Positions 40,764 to 51,231 of a stretch of DNA of 64,000 nt are shown piece after piece. The notes under the pieces are model-generated. The model searched no databases. It was not told the DNA's origin and saw only the letters and a program-made list of their open reading frames with translations. A program made the position numbers and the translations under genes. The stretch spans positions 21,264-85,263 of the forward strand of contig CAQDYY010000004.1 of NCBI GenBank assembly GCA_948777935.1. Direction: 5' to 3'. This stretch comes from an uncultured Clostridia bacterium (GTDB lineage: Bacteria > Bacillota > Clostridia > TANB77 > CAG-508). How positions within the stretch are numbered: position 1 is the stretch's first letter; every line of letters begins with the position of its first letter.

Positions 40764-42301
40764 TTGGCATATTCGATTACACGTGATTCACGAATCACAT
40801 TTACTTTTATTTGTCCTGGATAATCCATTTCATCTTCTACTTTCTTTGCTACATCTCTTGCAAGTAGTGTCATATCTGCATCCGATATTTTTTCTGGTTT
40901 TACTATTATACGAATTTCTCTACCTGCTTGAATAGCAAATGATTTATCTACACCTTCAAATGAATCTGCAATTTCTTCTAATTGCTCTAAACGTTTAATG
41001 TATGCTTCTAAAGTTTCTCTTCTTGCACCTTGACGTGATGCACTAATTGCATCTGCTGCTTGTACTAAAACAGCTTCTAATGTCTGTGGCTCTACATCGC
41101 CATGGTGAGCTTCTACAGCATTTATTACAAGTGGATTTTCTTTGTATTTTTTTAATATGTCTACACCTATTTCTACGTGTGTTCCTTCCATATCATGGTC
41201 TAACGCTTTTCCAATATCGTGTAATAAACCTGCGCGTCTTGCACGTTTAGTATCTAGTCCTAATTCATCTGCCATAATTCTTGCTAAATTTGATACTTCT
41301 ATTGAATGATTTAATACATTTTGTCCATAACTTGTTCTGTATTTTAATTTACCAAGTAACATAACAATTTCTGGATTTAGTCCCATAACACCAGTTTCTA
41401 AAGTGGCTCTTTCTCCCTCTGATTTAATAATAGCCTGTACTTCTTCTTTTGCCTTTTCTACCATCTCTTCAATTTTAGCTGGGTGAATCCTCCCATCTTC
41501 AATTAGCTTCTCTAAAGCAATTTTAGCTACTTCTCTTCTTAATGGATCAAAACCTGATAGAATAACTGCTTCTGGTGTATCATCAATAATCAAATCAATT
41601 CCTGTTAAGTTTTCTATTGTTTTAATGTTTCTACCTTCTCTACCAATAATTCTACCTTTCATATCGTCATTTGGAAGGTTTACAATTGAAACTGTTGTCT
41701 CTGATGTATGGTCTGCTGCACATTTTTGAATTGCATATGTTAATAGTTCTTTTGCTTTTTTAGTAGATTCTTCTTTTGCCTTTGTTTCTTCTTCACGAAT
41801 AATAGCTGCTTTTTCTTGTTTTATTTGTTTTTCTACTTCTGTAAGTAAAAGTTTTTTTGCTTCTTCTACTGATAACCTAGCTATTTGCTGAAGTTTTTCC
41901 ATTTGCTCATTAACAGCATTTTCTAATTCTTTTTCCTTTTCATCTAATTCTTGATATTTCTTATCTGTCTCTCTTTCCTTTTTTTCCAAATTTTCTTCTT
42001 TTTTATCAAGATTTTCTTCTTTTTGTATAATTCTTGATTCTTGTTTTTGAATTTCGCCTCTTCTTTCTCTAATCTCTTGCTCTAAGTCTTTTCTTTCCTG
42101 CATGATTTGCTCTTTTGCTTTAAATATTTCTTCTTTTTTCTTATTTTCAGCTTCTTTGTTTGCAAGTTCTAATATCTGTTTTGCTTCATTTTCTGCACCT
42201 TTGATTTTAGATTCAGCTATTTTTTTGCGTATTGCTACACCTATTGGTATAAATACAATAGCTGAGATTAGAACAGTGGCGATAATGATTACGATTTCCA
42301 T
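40760..42301 (-). CDS. rny: ribonuclease Y
   Basis: N-terminal TM, coiled coil, KH domain, 'LLHDIGK' HD domain. Confidence 0.95.
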   Translation of the reverse strand: MEIVIIIATVLISAIVFIPIGVAIRKKIAESKIKGAENEAKQILELANKEAENKKKEEIFKAKEQIMQERKDLEQEIRERRGEIQKQESRIIQKEENLDKKEENLEKKERETDKKYQELDEKEKELENAVNEQMEKLQQIARLSVEEAKKLLLTEVEKQIKQEKAAIIREEETKAKEESTKKAKELLTYAIQKCAADHTSETTVSIVNLPNDDMKGRIIGREGRNIKTIENLTGIDLIIDDTPEAVILSGFDPLRREVAKIALEKLIEDGRIHPAKIEEMVEKAKEEVQAIIKSEGERATLETGVMGLNPEIVMLLGKLKYRTSYGQNVLNHSIEVSNLARIMADELGLDTKRARRAGLLHDIGKALDHDMEGTHVEIGVDILKKYKENPLVINAVEAHHGDVEPQTLEAVLVQAADAISASRQGARRETLEAYIKRLEQLEEIADSFEGVDKSFAIQAGREIRIIVKPEKISDADMTLLARDVAKKVEDEMDYPGQIKVNVIRESRVIEYAK

Positions 42302-42474
42302 AATCTTACACCTCTTTCTATTTAATTTTCAATGTTCTAATATATTTAATTTTCTTTTTCTTAATATATTAAACCTACTCTTCTATTTTATATGTATTTA
42401 GCTATACTGTCAAGGTATTTTAGATAAAAATAAAAGCAATTTCATTAAATTTTAATAAAATTGCCTTATTTACT

Positions 42475-43479
42475 TTATTTTCCTAATCTAATATTTCCAG
42501 AGGTTGTTTTTACTTTTAACTCTACATATGGTGCATTACCCATTACATTTCTTCTGTTTGGTAAAGTAGTATTACCAGATACTGTATCTGTAAACATTTC
42601 ACAATTTGACTCTTCATTTAAATACATTCTTACTTCCCCTGATGTTGTTTTTATATTAGAATCTGCTGTTATTTTAAAATCGTCACTTTTTATATTTCCA
42701 GATACGCTTTGCATATCTACACTACCTTCTATTTTGCGGGCCTCAATTTCTCCTGAAGTTGTTTTTGCTTCAATTTCTCCTATAGCATTATTTATAGTTA
42801 TATCTCCCGAAACTGTTTTTAAGTTTATTTTTCCTTCTATACTTTCTACAGAAATATCTCCAGATGTTGTCTTTAATTTTAAATTATCTTCTTTTAAGTT
42901 TTGTAATTTAATATCTCCTGATACAGTTTCTATCCCAATACTTTTTGCTTCAATATCTCCCATTTTTATATCTCCACTTGTAGAAGAAATTGTTAAATCA
43001 TCAAATTTTAAACTTTCGTCCACTTCTATATCACCTGATACTAAACTTATTTTTAAAGTTTTTTCATATTCTTTAGGTATATATACATCATACGCCTTTT
43101 GGTCGAAAAATCCTATGTAAAAGAAATAAATTTTATTCTTTTCACTAATATTTATAGTAGAAGATGTTCTATTTACTTTAAATAATTCATCTTCTTTTAG
43201 TTCTTTAACCGAATATTGAACCACACGCATTTTACTATCTTCTGTAAAATGTACATTTAAATCTGAAGATTTAAATTCTAATTCTATTTTGTCTACATCT
43301 ACTAAATCAATACTTTCTTCTTTTCGTATGTATTCACTTTTTCTTAATTCTTTCCCACTTCCAAAACCTAAAAACCAGTTCCAGTTATTATTATGAATAG
43401 CAAATATTAAAACTTTGGTAAACGAAATAACTAACATCATTAGTACAATAATTAATACAATAATTCCTATTTTTTTCAT
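42475..43479 (-). CDS. DUF4097 beta-helix repeat protein (YvlB-like putative adhesin/cell-envelope stress module)
   Basis: repeated 'TxSGDI' beta-strand repeats. Confidence 0.7.
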   Translation of the reverse strand: MKKIGIIVLIIVLMMLVISFTKVLIFAIHNNNWNWFLGFGSGKELRKSEYIRKEESIDLVDVDKIELEFKSSDLNVHFTEDSKMRVVQYSVKELKEDELFKVNRTSSTINISEKNKIYFFYIGFFDQKAYDVYIPKEYEKTLKISLVSGDIEVDESLKFDDLTISSTSGDIKMGDIEAKSIGIETVSGDIKLQNLKEDNLKLKTTSGDISVESIEGKINLKTVSGDITINNAIGEIEAKTTSGEIEARKIEGSVDMQSVSGNIKSDDFKITADSNIKTTSGEVRMYLNEESNCEMFTDTVSGNTTLPNRRNVMGNAPYVELKVKTTSGNIRLGK

Positions 43480-43480
43480 T

Positions 43481-44137
43481 TTATTCTTCTCCTAACTTAA
43501 ATAATAAATGTATAATGTTTTCTATTAATGTTGCAATTAAAAAGATAATCCAAGAAATATACCAAATTCCAAATGTAAAGCTAACTAGTAGATATATAAT
43601 AACTGTTAGTGTCCATATAATAGAGTCTATTGCTTTTTTCAATTCCTTGTTTTTATCTTTTTTTCCTTTCCATTCCTTAAATTCTTCTACCATTGTATCT
43701 TCATATTTTGTATATTTAGGTCTTGTCATAAAATGATATATTAATATACATGTAGATAGCCCTGCAAGTGCAAGGAACGCTGATGCTGATATAAAATCTG
43801 GCATGCTAAGTTCATCTAATACAATAACTGCTATTAAACTTAAAATATATAAACCAACGCAAATAGAAACTGTAAGACCTGTCTTTTTCCTTGCTTCTCC
43901 TACATATTCTTTATGAATTGGATTGTTCTTGTTTAATTCTTCAACAAGTTCATTTACATCACCAATTTCATCTATTACAGTTTTAAATGCTTCTTCTTCT
44001 TTTTTCCCTTGTTTTAATAAATCTTCATATTTATCTTCTGCATTAGATATAATTTCATCTTTTAAATCATTTGCTCTTTTAGTATTTGGAGCACTTTCAA
44101 ATAGAGTATTAACCTCTTTTCTAATTTTCTCGTTCAT
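43481..44137 (-). CDS. DUF1700-like membrane protein (HAAS-type signalling partner)
   Basis: helical N-terminal domain + C-terminal TM helices; 1-nt gap to DUF4097 gene. Confidence 0.6.
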   Translation of the reverse strand: MNEKIRKEVNTLFESAPNTKRANDLKDEIISNAEDKYEDLLKQGKKEEEAFKTVIDEIGDVNELVEELNKNNPIHKEYVGEARKKTGLTVSICVGLYILSLIAVIVLDELSMPDFISASAFLALAGLSTCILIYHFMTRPKYTKYEDTMVEEFKEWKGKKDKNKELKKAIDSIIWTLTVIIYLLVSFTFGIWYISWIIFLIATLIENIIHLLFKLGEE

Positions 44138-44158
44138 TTTTTCTTCTCTCCCCTTTAT

Positions 44159-44353
44159 TCAAATAATATCTGATTTTTTTGGCATTACAATAGCTGCTAC
44201 AATATATGCTATAATTCCGCCTCCCCAACAACATGAAAATAAAATCCATGCTAAACGTACAAGTGTTGCATCTATATCAAAATATTCTGCAATTCCACCA
44301 CATACGCCATCTAGTTTTTTGCCTTGCTCAATTTTGTACAATTTTTTTTGCAT
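44159..44353 (-). CDS. PspC-domain protein
   Basis: 'LDGVCGGIAEYFDIDATLVRLAWIL' PspC motif. Confidence 0.7.
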   Translation of the reverse strand: MQKKLYKIEQGKKLDGVCGGIAEYFDIDATLVRLAWILFSCCWGGGIIAYIVAAIVMPKKSDII

Positions 44354-44368
44354 AATTTACTCCCCTTT

Positions 44369-44689
44369 CTAAATTAATTTGTCTATTAATTCTTTTGTTA
44401 AGTTCCACTCTTCTATGTTCTTTTTATAAAATTCAATTCCTTCGTTGGTAATAGAATAATACCTTCTTCTTGCTCCACTATTTCCTTCTCCCCAAAAAGA
44501 TGTAATATAACCTGCTTCTTCCAATCTTCTAAAAGCACAATATAATGTTGCATCATTTAATTCATACTTGTTATTAGTTTTTTCTTTAATAGATTTATTA
44601 ATTTCATATCCATAACTATTTCCTTTCATTAAGTGTGCTAGAATAATGGTTTCAGTATGCCCTCTAATAACATCTGCTCGAATTGACAT
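44369..44689 (-). CDS. PadR-family transcriptional regulator
   Basis: 'HTETIILAHLMKGNSYGYEI' winged-helix PadR signature. Confidence 0.85.
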   Translation of the reverse strand: MSIRADVIRGHTETIILAHLMKGNSYGYEINKSIKEKTNNKYELNDATLYCAFRRLEEAGYITSFWGEGNSGARRRYYSITNEGIEFYKKNIEEWNLTKELIDKLI

Positions 44690-44765
44690 TTTATCACCTC
44701 TCTTTTAACATAAACTATTATATATCAATATACCTTATCTGTCAAGGTATATTGTGTAAAAAAAT

Positions 44766-44818
44766 AGGGCACAGTGGTGTCATGTCTATTAAGCATTCCC
44801 TTTAAACGGTACCCATAC
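44766..44818. repeat. R1 palindromic repeat unit (orientation A)
   Basis: GGGCACAGTGGTGTCATGTC…CCCATACA; inverted partner at 46164-46215. Confidence 0.7.
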
Positions 44819-44835
44819 ATTTAATATTTTCTATT

Positions 44836-45678
44836 TTACAAATTTTCTTCTACTTTTTTTATTTCTACTAAATCAATTTTTGCAGGATATGTTGTAGTTA
44901 CCACTCCTGTATATATAACAAGAACTTTATCTCCTTTTTTTAGTTGTATTTGTTGCTTCTCGGGAATTATAAAACTATATTTATCACATTCAAATTCCCC
45001 TGATTTATCATCTGTTTTCACAAAAACTGCCTTTCCATTTACTTTTTCAACTGTTCCTATAAAATTTGGTCCTGTTTCATTAATTTTTGCAGTTTTTAAA
45101 TAACTTGCTATTTCATAATTCTTGTATTCACTAGTTTCTTCTCCATATACAGTTAATTCTAATTTTATATAGTCTTCACTTTCTGTCTTTGTGATTCCAT
45201 AAAAGTTGCCTGGAAGATCATTTTTTATTGTTGATTTTTTATTTGACTTTTCTACAAATCTATCTTTAGAATTATCTGTTACAACAACATATTTGTTTTG
45301 ATATCTTTGATAACATATATCAGTTATTAGCATATCTCCCTCTTTAGTATACTCTATAATTCTTAGTATATCAGATGTACGATTTTTATTAGTAATTTTC
45401 GTATTTTCTATAAACTCATCTAGTATTTCAGCATTATATACTTGTTTATCAGTAATAATAAAGCATCCATCATACAATGCCTGTTCAAAACTATATTCTT
45501 CTGGAAGCCCATCTATTGATAAATATTTTCCTAGTTCTCTATAATTTATCCCTTTATTTCTTAGTTTTTCATTATTTAAAGGATTGTATATCATAAAAAT
45601 TATTGTTGCTAATAGTGAAATAGCTATTATCCCAATCATACTCCATAATAATACACTTTTTTTCATATGTTTCACCAT
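44836..45678 (-). CDS. hypothetical membrane-anchored/secreted protein (280 aa)
   Basis: N-terminal signal/TM 'LLWSMIGIIAISLLATIIFMI'; no recognised domain. Confidence 0.55.
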   Translation of the reverse strand: MVKHMKKSVLLWSMIGIIAISLLATIIFMIYNPLNNEKLRNKGINYRELGKYLSIDGLPEEYSFEQALYDGCFIITDKQVYNAEILDEFIENTKITNKNRTSDILRIIEYTKEGDMLITDICYQRYQNKYVVVTDNSKDRFVEKSNKKSTIKNDLPGNFYGITKTESEDYIKLELTVYGEETSEYKNYEIASYLKTAKINETGPNFIGTVEKVNGKAVFVKTDDKSGEFECDKYSFIIPEKQQIQLKKGDKVLVIYTGVVTTTYPAKIDLVEIKKVEENL

Positions 45679-45827
45679 TCCTTTTCTAATTTTGATACAT
45701 TTTTCATATGTATTTTTGACATTATATCATACTATTTTTTATAATGCAAAATATCTTAATGTGTTCGGTAGTTTCCAAATAGTCTTACAAATTCTTTTGC
45801 TATACTTTTACTAACGGAGGTAGTTTT

Positions 45828-46097
45828 ATGATAATAACTGATGCAATTAATTTGAGGATTAGCGAACTTCTTAAGCAACATGGATTAAGTGTATATGCAC
45901 TTTCATATCGTGCAGGAATTTCAAATTCTATTATTAGTGATTGTAAAAGAGGAAAAGTAAAAGAACTCTCTGTTAGTTCTATTATTCATATTTGTGAAGG
46001 ATTAAACATAGAATTAAAAGATTTTTTTGATGCAGAATATTTTAAAGATGTCGAAGCTATTGAACGCTTCGATAAAAATAGTTCAAAAGTTGTCTAG
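45828..46097 (+). CDS. XRE-family helix-turn-helix transcriptional regulator
   Basis: 'LKQHGLSVYALSYRAGISNSIISDCKRGK' HTH_3-type. Confidence 0.75.
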   Translation: MIITDAINLRISELLKQHGLSVYALSYRAGISNSIISDCKRGKVKELSVSSIIHICEGLNIELKDFFDAEYFKDVEAIERFDKNSSKVV

Positions 46098-46163
46098 TAG
46101 AAAAAGAGAACTTTATAGTTCTTTTTTTATATTATATGAATTTACTCTATTTTAAGTTAAAAA

Positions 46164-46215
46164 TGTAGGGGCACCGTTTGTGGGAATACCAGTTAGACAT
46201 GACACCACTGTGCCC
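46164..46215. repeat. R1 palindromic repeat unit (orientation B)
   Basis: TGTAGGGGCACCGTTTGTGGGAATAC…GACACCACTGTGCCC. Confidence 0.7.
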
Positions 46216-46235
46216 TTTTGTTATATTCTTATGCT

Positions 46236-46769
46236 TTATCTCCAAACATCCCCATTAATATATTGGGTTAATGCCATTATATATGCTGTTTCCGTCAAAT
46301 CAATTCTTGATATTTGATCATGTGTTAAATTTTGAATTGCTCCACCTTTATTATGTCTTTCGTTATCTTCATAAAAAATAGAATTCATTACTTGGCTTAA
46401 ATCTGTATTAATTATATCTTGTACTAACCTCTCTGGCACTGGAAAAGATGCACTTGTACCATAGCTTTCAAAATCATTGTTGTCTTCTATAACAGCAAGA
46501 TTTGTAACCATCCATCTACCTAAAGAATTATATATTCCACTTTCACTAGATAAATATAAATCTGCTTTTATATTATTTTTCATACAATATTCTTTTAAAT
46601 TTCTTACTCTATTTTTAGCTCCTATATATATTTCTTCATTTACTGGTTCTTCACTTACATTAGATTCTACTGGTATACCCTCAATTTCAATATTTTCAAA
46701 ATACCTTGATAATGCCCTTCTTGCACCTTCTATTTTTCCTTGATTTTTTGTTGCAACTAATACTTTCAT
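46236..46769 (-). CDS. inosine/xanthosine triphosphatase-like (YjjX/DUF84, non-canonical NTP phosphatase)
   Basis: 'MKVLVATKNQGKIEGA' start and ITPase-fold residues; start likely at the second Met. Confidence 0.65.
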   Translation of the reverse strand: MKVLVATKNQGKIEGARRALSRYFENIEIEGIPVESNVSEEPVNEEIYIGAKNRVRNLKEYCMKNNIKADLYLSSESGIYNSLGRWMVTNLAVIEDNNDFESYGTSASFPVPERLVQDIINTDLSQVMNSIFYEDNERHNKGGAIQNLTHDQISRIDLTETAYIMALTQYINGDVWR

Positions 46770-46913
46770 TTTATACACCTTCCTTATTTTTAACACACAT
46801 AAAAGCTATGCAATCGTCACATAGCTTTTATTGTTTATATATTTTCCTATTTCATAGCTAGCTAACGCAGACTAGATCTGTAATATTCTACTTCATACTT
46901 CGTATTCATAGAA

Positions 46914-47918
46914 TTAACGGCTCATAGCTTCTTCTACTGCTACTGCTACAGATACAGTACATCCAACCATTGGGTTGTTACCCATACCAATTAACCCCAT
47001 CATTTCAACGTGTGCTGGAACTGATGATGAACCTGCAAATTGTGCATCTGAGTGCATTCTTCCCATTGTATCTGTCATACCATATGAAGCAGGTCCTGCT
47101 CCCATATTATCTGGATGTAATGTTCTTCCTGTTCCTCCTCCTGATGCTACTGAGAAATATTTTTTACCTTGTTCTATACATTCTTTTTTGTATGTACCTG
47201 CAACTGGATGTTGGAATCTTGTTGGGTTTGTAGAGTTACCTGTAATTGATACATCTACACCTTCCATATGCATAATTGCTACACCTTCTCTAACATCATT
47301 TGCACCATAACATCTAACTTTTGCTCTTTCACCATCAGAGTATGCAATTTCTTTAACTACATTTACTTTTCCTGTAAAGAAATCAAAGTCTGTTTGTACA
47401 TATGTAAATCCATTAATTCTTGATATGACTTGTGCTGCATCTTTTCCAAGTCCATTTAAGATAACTCTTAATGGTTCTTTTCTTACTTTATTTGCAGATT
47501 TTGCAATACCAATTGCACCTTCTGCTGCTGCAAAAGATTCGTGTCCTGCTAAGAATGCAAAACATTTTGTTTCTTCTGATAATAACATAGATGCTAAATT
47601 TCCATGTCCTAATCCTACTTTTCTATCATCTGCAACAGAACCTGGAATACAAAATGCTTGTAATCCCTCTCCTATTGCCTTTGCAGCATCTGCTGCTTTT
47701 ACACAATCTTTTTTAATTGCAATTGCTGCACCTAAAGTATACGCCCAAGCTGCATTTTCAAAACAAATTGGTTGAACACTTTTTGTAATATCATATGGAT
47801 TAAATCCTTTTTCTTTACAAATATTTAGTGCATCTTCAAAATCTTTAATTCCGTATTTTTCCATTACTGGTTTAATTTGGTCTATTCTTCTTTCATAACT
47901 TTCAAATGTTACTGCCAT
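46914..47918 (-). CDS. GGGtGRT-family protein
   Basis: contains the name-giving 'SGGGTGRT' motif. Confidence 0.7.
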   Translation of the reverse strand: MAVTFESYERRIDQIKPVMEKYGIKDFEDALNICKEKGFNPYDITKSVQPICFENAAWAYTLGAAIAIKKDCVKAADAAKAIGEGLQAFCIPGSVADDRKVGLGHGNLASMLLSEETKCFAFLAGHESFAAAEGAIGIAKSANKVRKEPLRVILNGLGKDAAQVISRINGFTYVQTDFDFFTGKVNVVKEIAYSDGERAKVRCYGANDVREGVAIMHMEGVDVSITGNSTNPTRFQHPVAGTYKKECIEQGKKYFSVASGGGTGRTLHPDNMGAGPASYGMTDTMGRMHSDAQFAGSSSVPAHVEMMGLIGMGNNPMVGCTVSVAVAVEEAMSR

Positions 47919-48071
47919 TATTTATTCCTCCTCATATATTATTTCTTGAAACGAAGCAAAATCGGTATATTACTAGGAAAACGATTAAAAATTTTTGAGA
48001 TTGTACGTTTGTACACCCAAAAAAATTTTTATGAAGTTTGACACCGCAAGATGCCGATTTTCATTCGTTTC

Positions 48072-48764
48072 TTACTCTTTTCTTGGGTCTATTACCTTAA
48101 CTGCCTCATCAAATCTTCCATATTTTCCACTTGCTTTTTCAATAGCTTCCATTGGTTCAATTCCTTTTTTGATGTTTTCCATCATTTTTCCTAAGTTTAC
48201 ATATTTGTATCCTATAATTTGATTGTCTTTATCAAGACCTATTTCTACTATGTATCCTTCTGCAAGCTCTAAGTATCTTGGGCCTTTTGCAAGTGTTGAA
48301 TAAATTGTTCCCACTTGACTTCTATGTCCTTTTCCTAAATCTTCAAGCCCTGCTCCTATTTGAAGTCCTCCTTCTGAGAATGCAGATTGTGATCTACCAT
48401 ATACGATTTGTAAGAATAATTCTCTCATAGCAGTATTAATTGCATCACATACTAAGTCTGTGTTTAATGCTTCTAGGATTGTTTTTCCTACTAATATTTC
48501 TCCTGCCATTGCTGCTGAATGAGTCATTCCTGAACATCCTATTGTTTCAACTAGTGCTTCTTGTATAATTCCTTCTTTGATATTTAGAGTTAATTTACAT
48601 GCTCCTTGTTGAGGTGCACACCAACCAATACCGTGTGTTAACCCTGATATATCTTTAATTTCTTTTGCTTTTACCCATTTTCCCTCTTCTGGAATTGGTG
48701 CTGGTCCATGGTCCACTCCTTTTGCTACTGGACACATTTCTTCTACTTCTTTTGAATAAATCAT
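48072..48764 (-). CDS. NifU/IscU-like domain protein (partner of GGGtGRT protein)
   Basis: Cys motifs 'GWCAPQQGACKL' and 'IGCSGMTHSA' reminiscent of the IscU scaffold. Confidence 0.5.
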   Translation of the reverse strand: MIYSKEVEEMCPVAKGVDHGPAPIPEEGKWVKAKEIKDISGLTHGIGWCAPQQGACKLTLNIKEGIIQEALVETIGCSGMTHSAAMAGEILVGKTILEALNTDLVCDAINTAMRELFLQIVYGRSQSAFSEGGLQIGAGLEDLGKGHRSQVGTIYSTLAKGPRYLELAEGYIVEIGLDKDNQIIGYKYVNLGKMMENIKKGIEPMEAIEKASGKYGRFDEAVKVIDPRKE

Positions 48765-48818
48765 TTTAATTGCTCCTTTCTAGCATTAATATATATTTTA
48801 AAAATTTTGAAAACATTA

Positions 48819-49541
48819 TTAATTTGTAATTAAAATTTGACTTTTAACCTCTATTTCTTGTTCCTCTACTTCTTTTTCTGTGTTCTCGTTGTTAGATATA
48901 GGTTCTGCCCTTACATCGATATCATCATTTTCATCTATATTTTTTTCTTCTTTTTCATATTTTTTATTATATTGTGTAATATTACTAACTGTCATTTCAT
49001 AAATTGCTTCTTGATATGTAGACTTTTTATTAACTTTATGTCGTTTTTCTTCTAAATATTCTTCTATCATATTTTTTTCTTTTCTTGAGTAACTAGATAA
49101 CGGAATTTCTAAATATTCATGTCTCCATATTAAATGCCTATCATCACTTGTGTATCTTGATTGTTGCAAATTTTCATAACTATATTCTGCATTAAACTTA
49201 CAGTCCTTAACCCACATAGTAACATTGCTCCATGGATTTTCTCCAATAGCTATCATTGCTTTTCTTAATTGTTTGATTTCATTATATAAATTTTCAGCTA
49301 ATTTTAAATAACCATGTTCATCAATATTAAATTTTGTTGGTATTTCATAAACATTTATTGGATTTTTTCTTATCATACTTTTAGGGAAATAGTAGAAAAA
49401 CATTTCTCCTGTTTGTACTTCTTTAAAGTGATCTACCACAGAAGCATATAAATACACACGATCCCATTTTTCAGGGATCATATAAAATAACTGTTTTAGT
49501 ACTTTATCATAATGTTCTTGCATAATGGATTTTGCTATCAT
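48819..49541 (-). CDS. hypothetical protein (240 aa) preceded by R3-family leader
   Basis: ORF with RBS ACGGGGG; acidic low-complexity C-terminus. Confidence 0.55.
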   Translation of the reverse strand: MIAKSIMQEHYDKVLKQLFYMIPEKWDRVYLYASVVDHFKEVQTGEMFFYYFPKSMIRKNPINVYEIPTKFNIDEHGYLKLAENLYNEIKQLRKAMIAIGENPWSNVTMWVKDCKFNAEYSYENLQQSRYTSDDRHLIWRHEYLEIPLSSYSRKEKNMIEEYLEEKRHKVNKKSTYQEAIYEMTVSNITQYNKKYEKEEKNIDENDDIDVRAEPISNNENTEKEVEEQEIEVKSQILITN

Positions 49542-49544
49542 AAA

Positions 49545-49670
49545 CGCCCCCGTTTATTTTTATACTGTAGGAATTTTCTCCCTGTGGGAGGAAAGCTCCG
49601 TACAGGATAAATATGCGAATTTATAGAATTTTTTTGCGGTTTCCACCGCTTAAAAATTCTTAAATTCGTT
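49545..49670 (-). other. R3-family 5' leader element (two conserved hairpins)
   Basis: GAATTTAAGAATTTTTAAGCGGTGGAAACCGC… then CTGTACGGAGCTTTCCTCCCACAGGGAGAAAATTCCTACAG; homologous to 63225-63392. Confidence 0.6.
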
Positions 49671-51198
49671 TTTTTACTAATATACTTTCTCCTGTCATTT
49701 CTTCTGGTTTTTCTAATCCCATAATATCTAGCATAGTAGGTGCTAAATCTGCTAGTTTTCCCGTTTTTAAACTTATATCATTCATTCCAACTAATACTAA
49801 TGGAACTGGATTTGTTGTGTGAGCTGTATGTGGTTCTCCTGTTTTGTAATCTATCATTTGCTCTGCATTTCCATGGTCTGCTGTAATTAATAATACTCCC
49901 TTTACTTCTTCTATAGCTTCTACTACTTTTCCTACACATTCATCAATAGTTTCTATGGCTTTTATTGCTGCTTCTAAGTTTCCAGTATGACCTACCATAT
50001 CTGGGTTTGCATAATTTAATATGATTGCATTATATTTCTTGCTTTTTATTGCTTCTAATACTTTATCTGTTACTTCATATGCACTCATTTCTGGTTTCAA
50101 ATCATATGTTTCTACTTTTGGAGATGGCACTAGAATTCTATCTTCTCCATTATATTGTTTTTCTTCCCCACCGTTAAAGAAAAATGTAACATGTGCATAT
50201 TTTTCAGTTTCTGCAATACGAAGCTGTGTTAATCCTAAACCACTTATATATTCTCCAAATGTATTGCTTAGTGCTTCTTTCTTAAATGCAACATGTACAT
50301 TTGGCATTGTTTCATCATATGGTGTCATACATACAAAATATAAATTTAATGGTTTTGTTTCAAATCCATCAAAGTCACTATCTACTAATGCTCTTGTAAT
50401 TTCTCTTGCTCTATCTGGTCTAAAGTTGTAGAATATAATAGAATCGTTTTCTTTTATTGTTGCAATTGGTGTATCTCCATTGCATATTAGAGTTGGTTCT
50501 ACAAATTCATCAAATATTTCTTTTTGGTAAGAAGCCTCAATTGCACTAATTGCTGTTTGTGCTTTTTCTCCTTCTCCATTAACTATTGCATTATAGCATT
50601 TCTGTACTCTTTCCCATCTTTTATCTCTATCCATTGCGTAAAATCTACCACTAATACTTGCAATTTTACCAATTTCTTTTTCTTTCATCTTTTCTTCTAG
50701 TTTTGTAATATACCCTTCTGCTGATGCAGGTGGTGTATCTCTTCCATCTAAAAATGCATGAACATATACATTTTCTATTCCTTTTCTTTTTGCAAGTTCT
50801 AGTAATGCATACAGATGACGAATATGGCTATGAACTCCTCCATCAGATAATAACCCCATTATGTGTAAGCTCGAATTATTTTTCTTACAGTTTTCTACTG
50901 CTTCATTAAATTCTTGTATACTAAAGAAGTCTCCATCTTCAATAGATTTCGTAATTCTTGTTAATTCTTGGTATACAATTCTTCCTGCCCCTATGTTTGT
51001 ATGACCAACTTCTGAGTTTCCCATTTGTCCATCTGGAAGACCTACATTTAATCCACTTGTATATATATCTGTTGTAGGATACATTTTCATTAGTTTATCA
51101 ATGTTTGGTGTGTTTGATAATTTTACTGCATTTCCTTTTTCATTTGTGTTTTCTCCAAATCCATCTAGAATCATTAACATAGTTAGTTTGTTTTCCAT
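49660..51198 (-). CDS. gpmI: 2,3-bisphosphoglycerate-independent phosphoglycerate mutase
   Basis: 'ILDGFG' and full-length iPGM homology. Confidence 0.95.
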   Translation of the reverse strand: MENKLTMLMILDGFGENTNEKGNAVKLSNTPNIDKLMKMYPTTDIYTSGLNVGLPDGQMGNSEVGHTNIGAGRIVYQELTRITKSIEDGDFFSIQEFNEAVENCKKNNSSLHIMGLLSDGGVHSHIRHLYALLELAKRKGIENVYVHAFLDGRDTPPASAEGYITKLEEKMKEKEIGKIASISGRFYAMDRDKRWERVQKCYNAIVNGEGEKAQTAISAIEASYQKEIFDEFVEPTLICNGDTPIATIKENDSIIFYNFRPDRAREITRALVDSDFDGFETKPLNLYFVCMTPYDETMPNVHVAFKKEALSNTFGEYISGLGLTQLRIAETEKYAHVTFFFNGGEEKQYNGEDRILVPSPKVETYDLKPEMSAYEVTDKVLEAIKSKKYNAIILNYANPDMVGHTGNLEAAIKAIETIDECVGKVVEAIEEVKGVLLITADHGNAEQMIDYKTGEPHTAHTTNPVPLVLVGMNDISLKTGKLADLAPTMLDIMGLEKPEEMTGESILVKKRI

Positions 51199-51231
51199 AA
51201 ATTTATTACCTTCCTTTTATTTCCTATAAGT

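Noticed and set aside
42461-43120. Long plus-strand ORF (219 aa) inside the DUF4097 gene region. Similar antisense ORFs occur at 13700-14467, 17588-18256, 17910-18242, 30390-30752, 38043-38847, 51308-52315 and 52409-52714.
   Set aside because: They lie entirely antisense to well-supported genes and translate to low-complexity S/F/L-rich strings typical of antisense frames in AT-rich DNA. None has an RBS.
49634-49668. R3 first hairpin (GCGGTGGAAACCGC) right after the gpmI stop, considered as the gpmI intrinsic terminator
   Set aside because: The stem is followed by an A-run on the coding strand, not a U-run, and the same hairpin occurs in 5' leaders elsewhere. A role in transcript-end stabilisation is not excluded.
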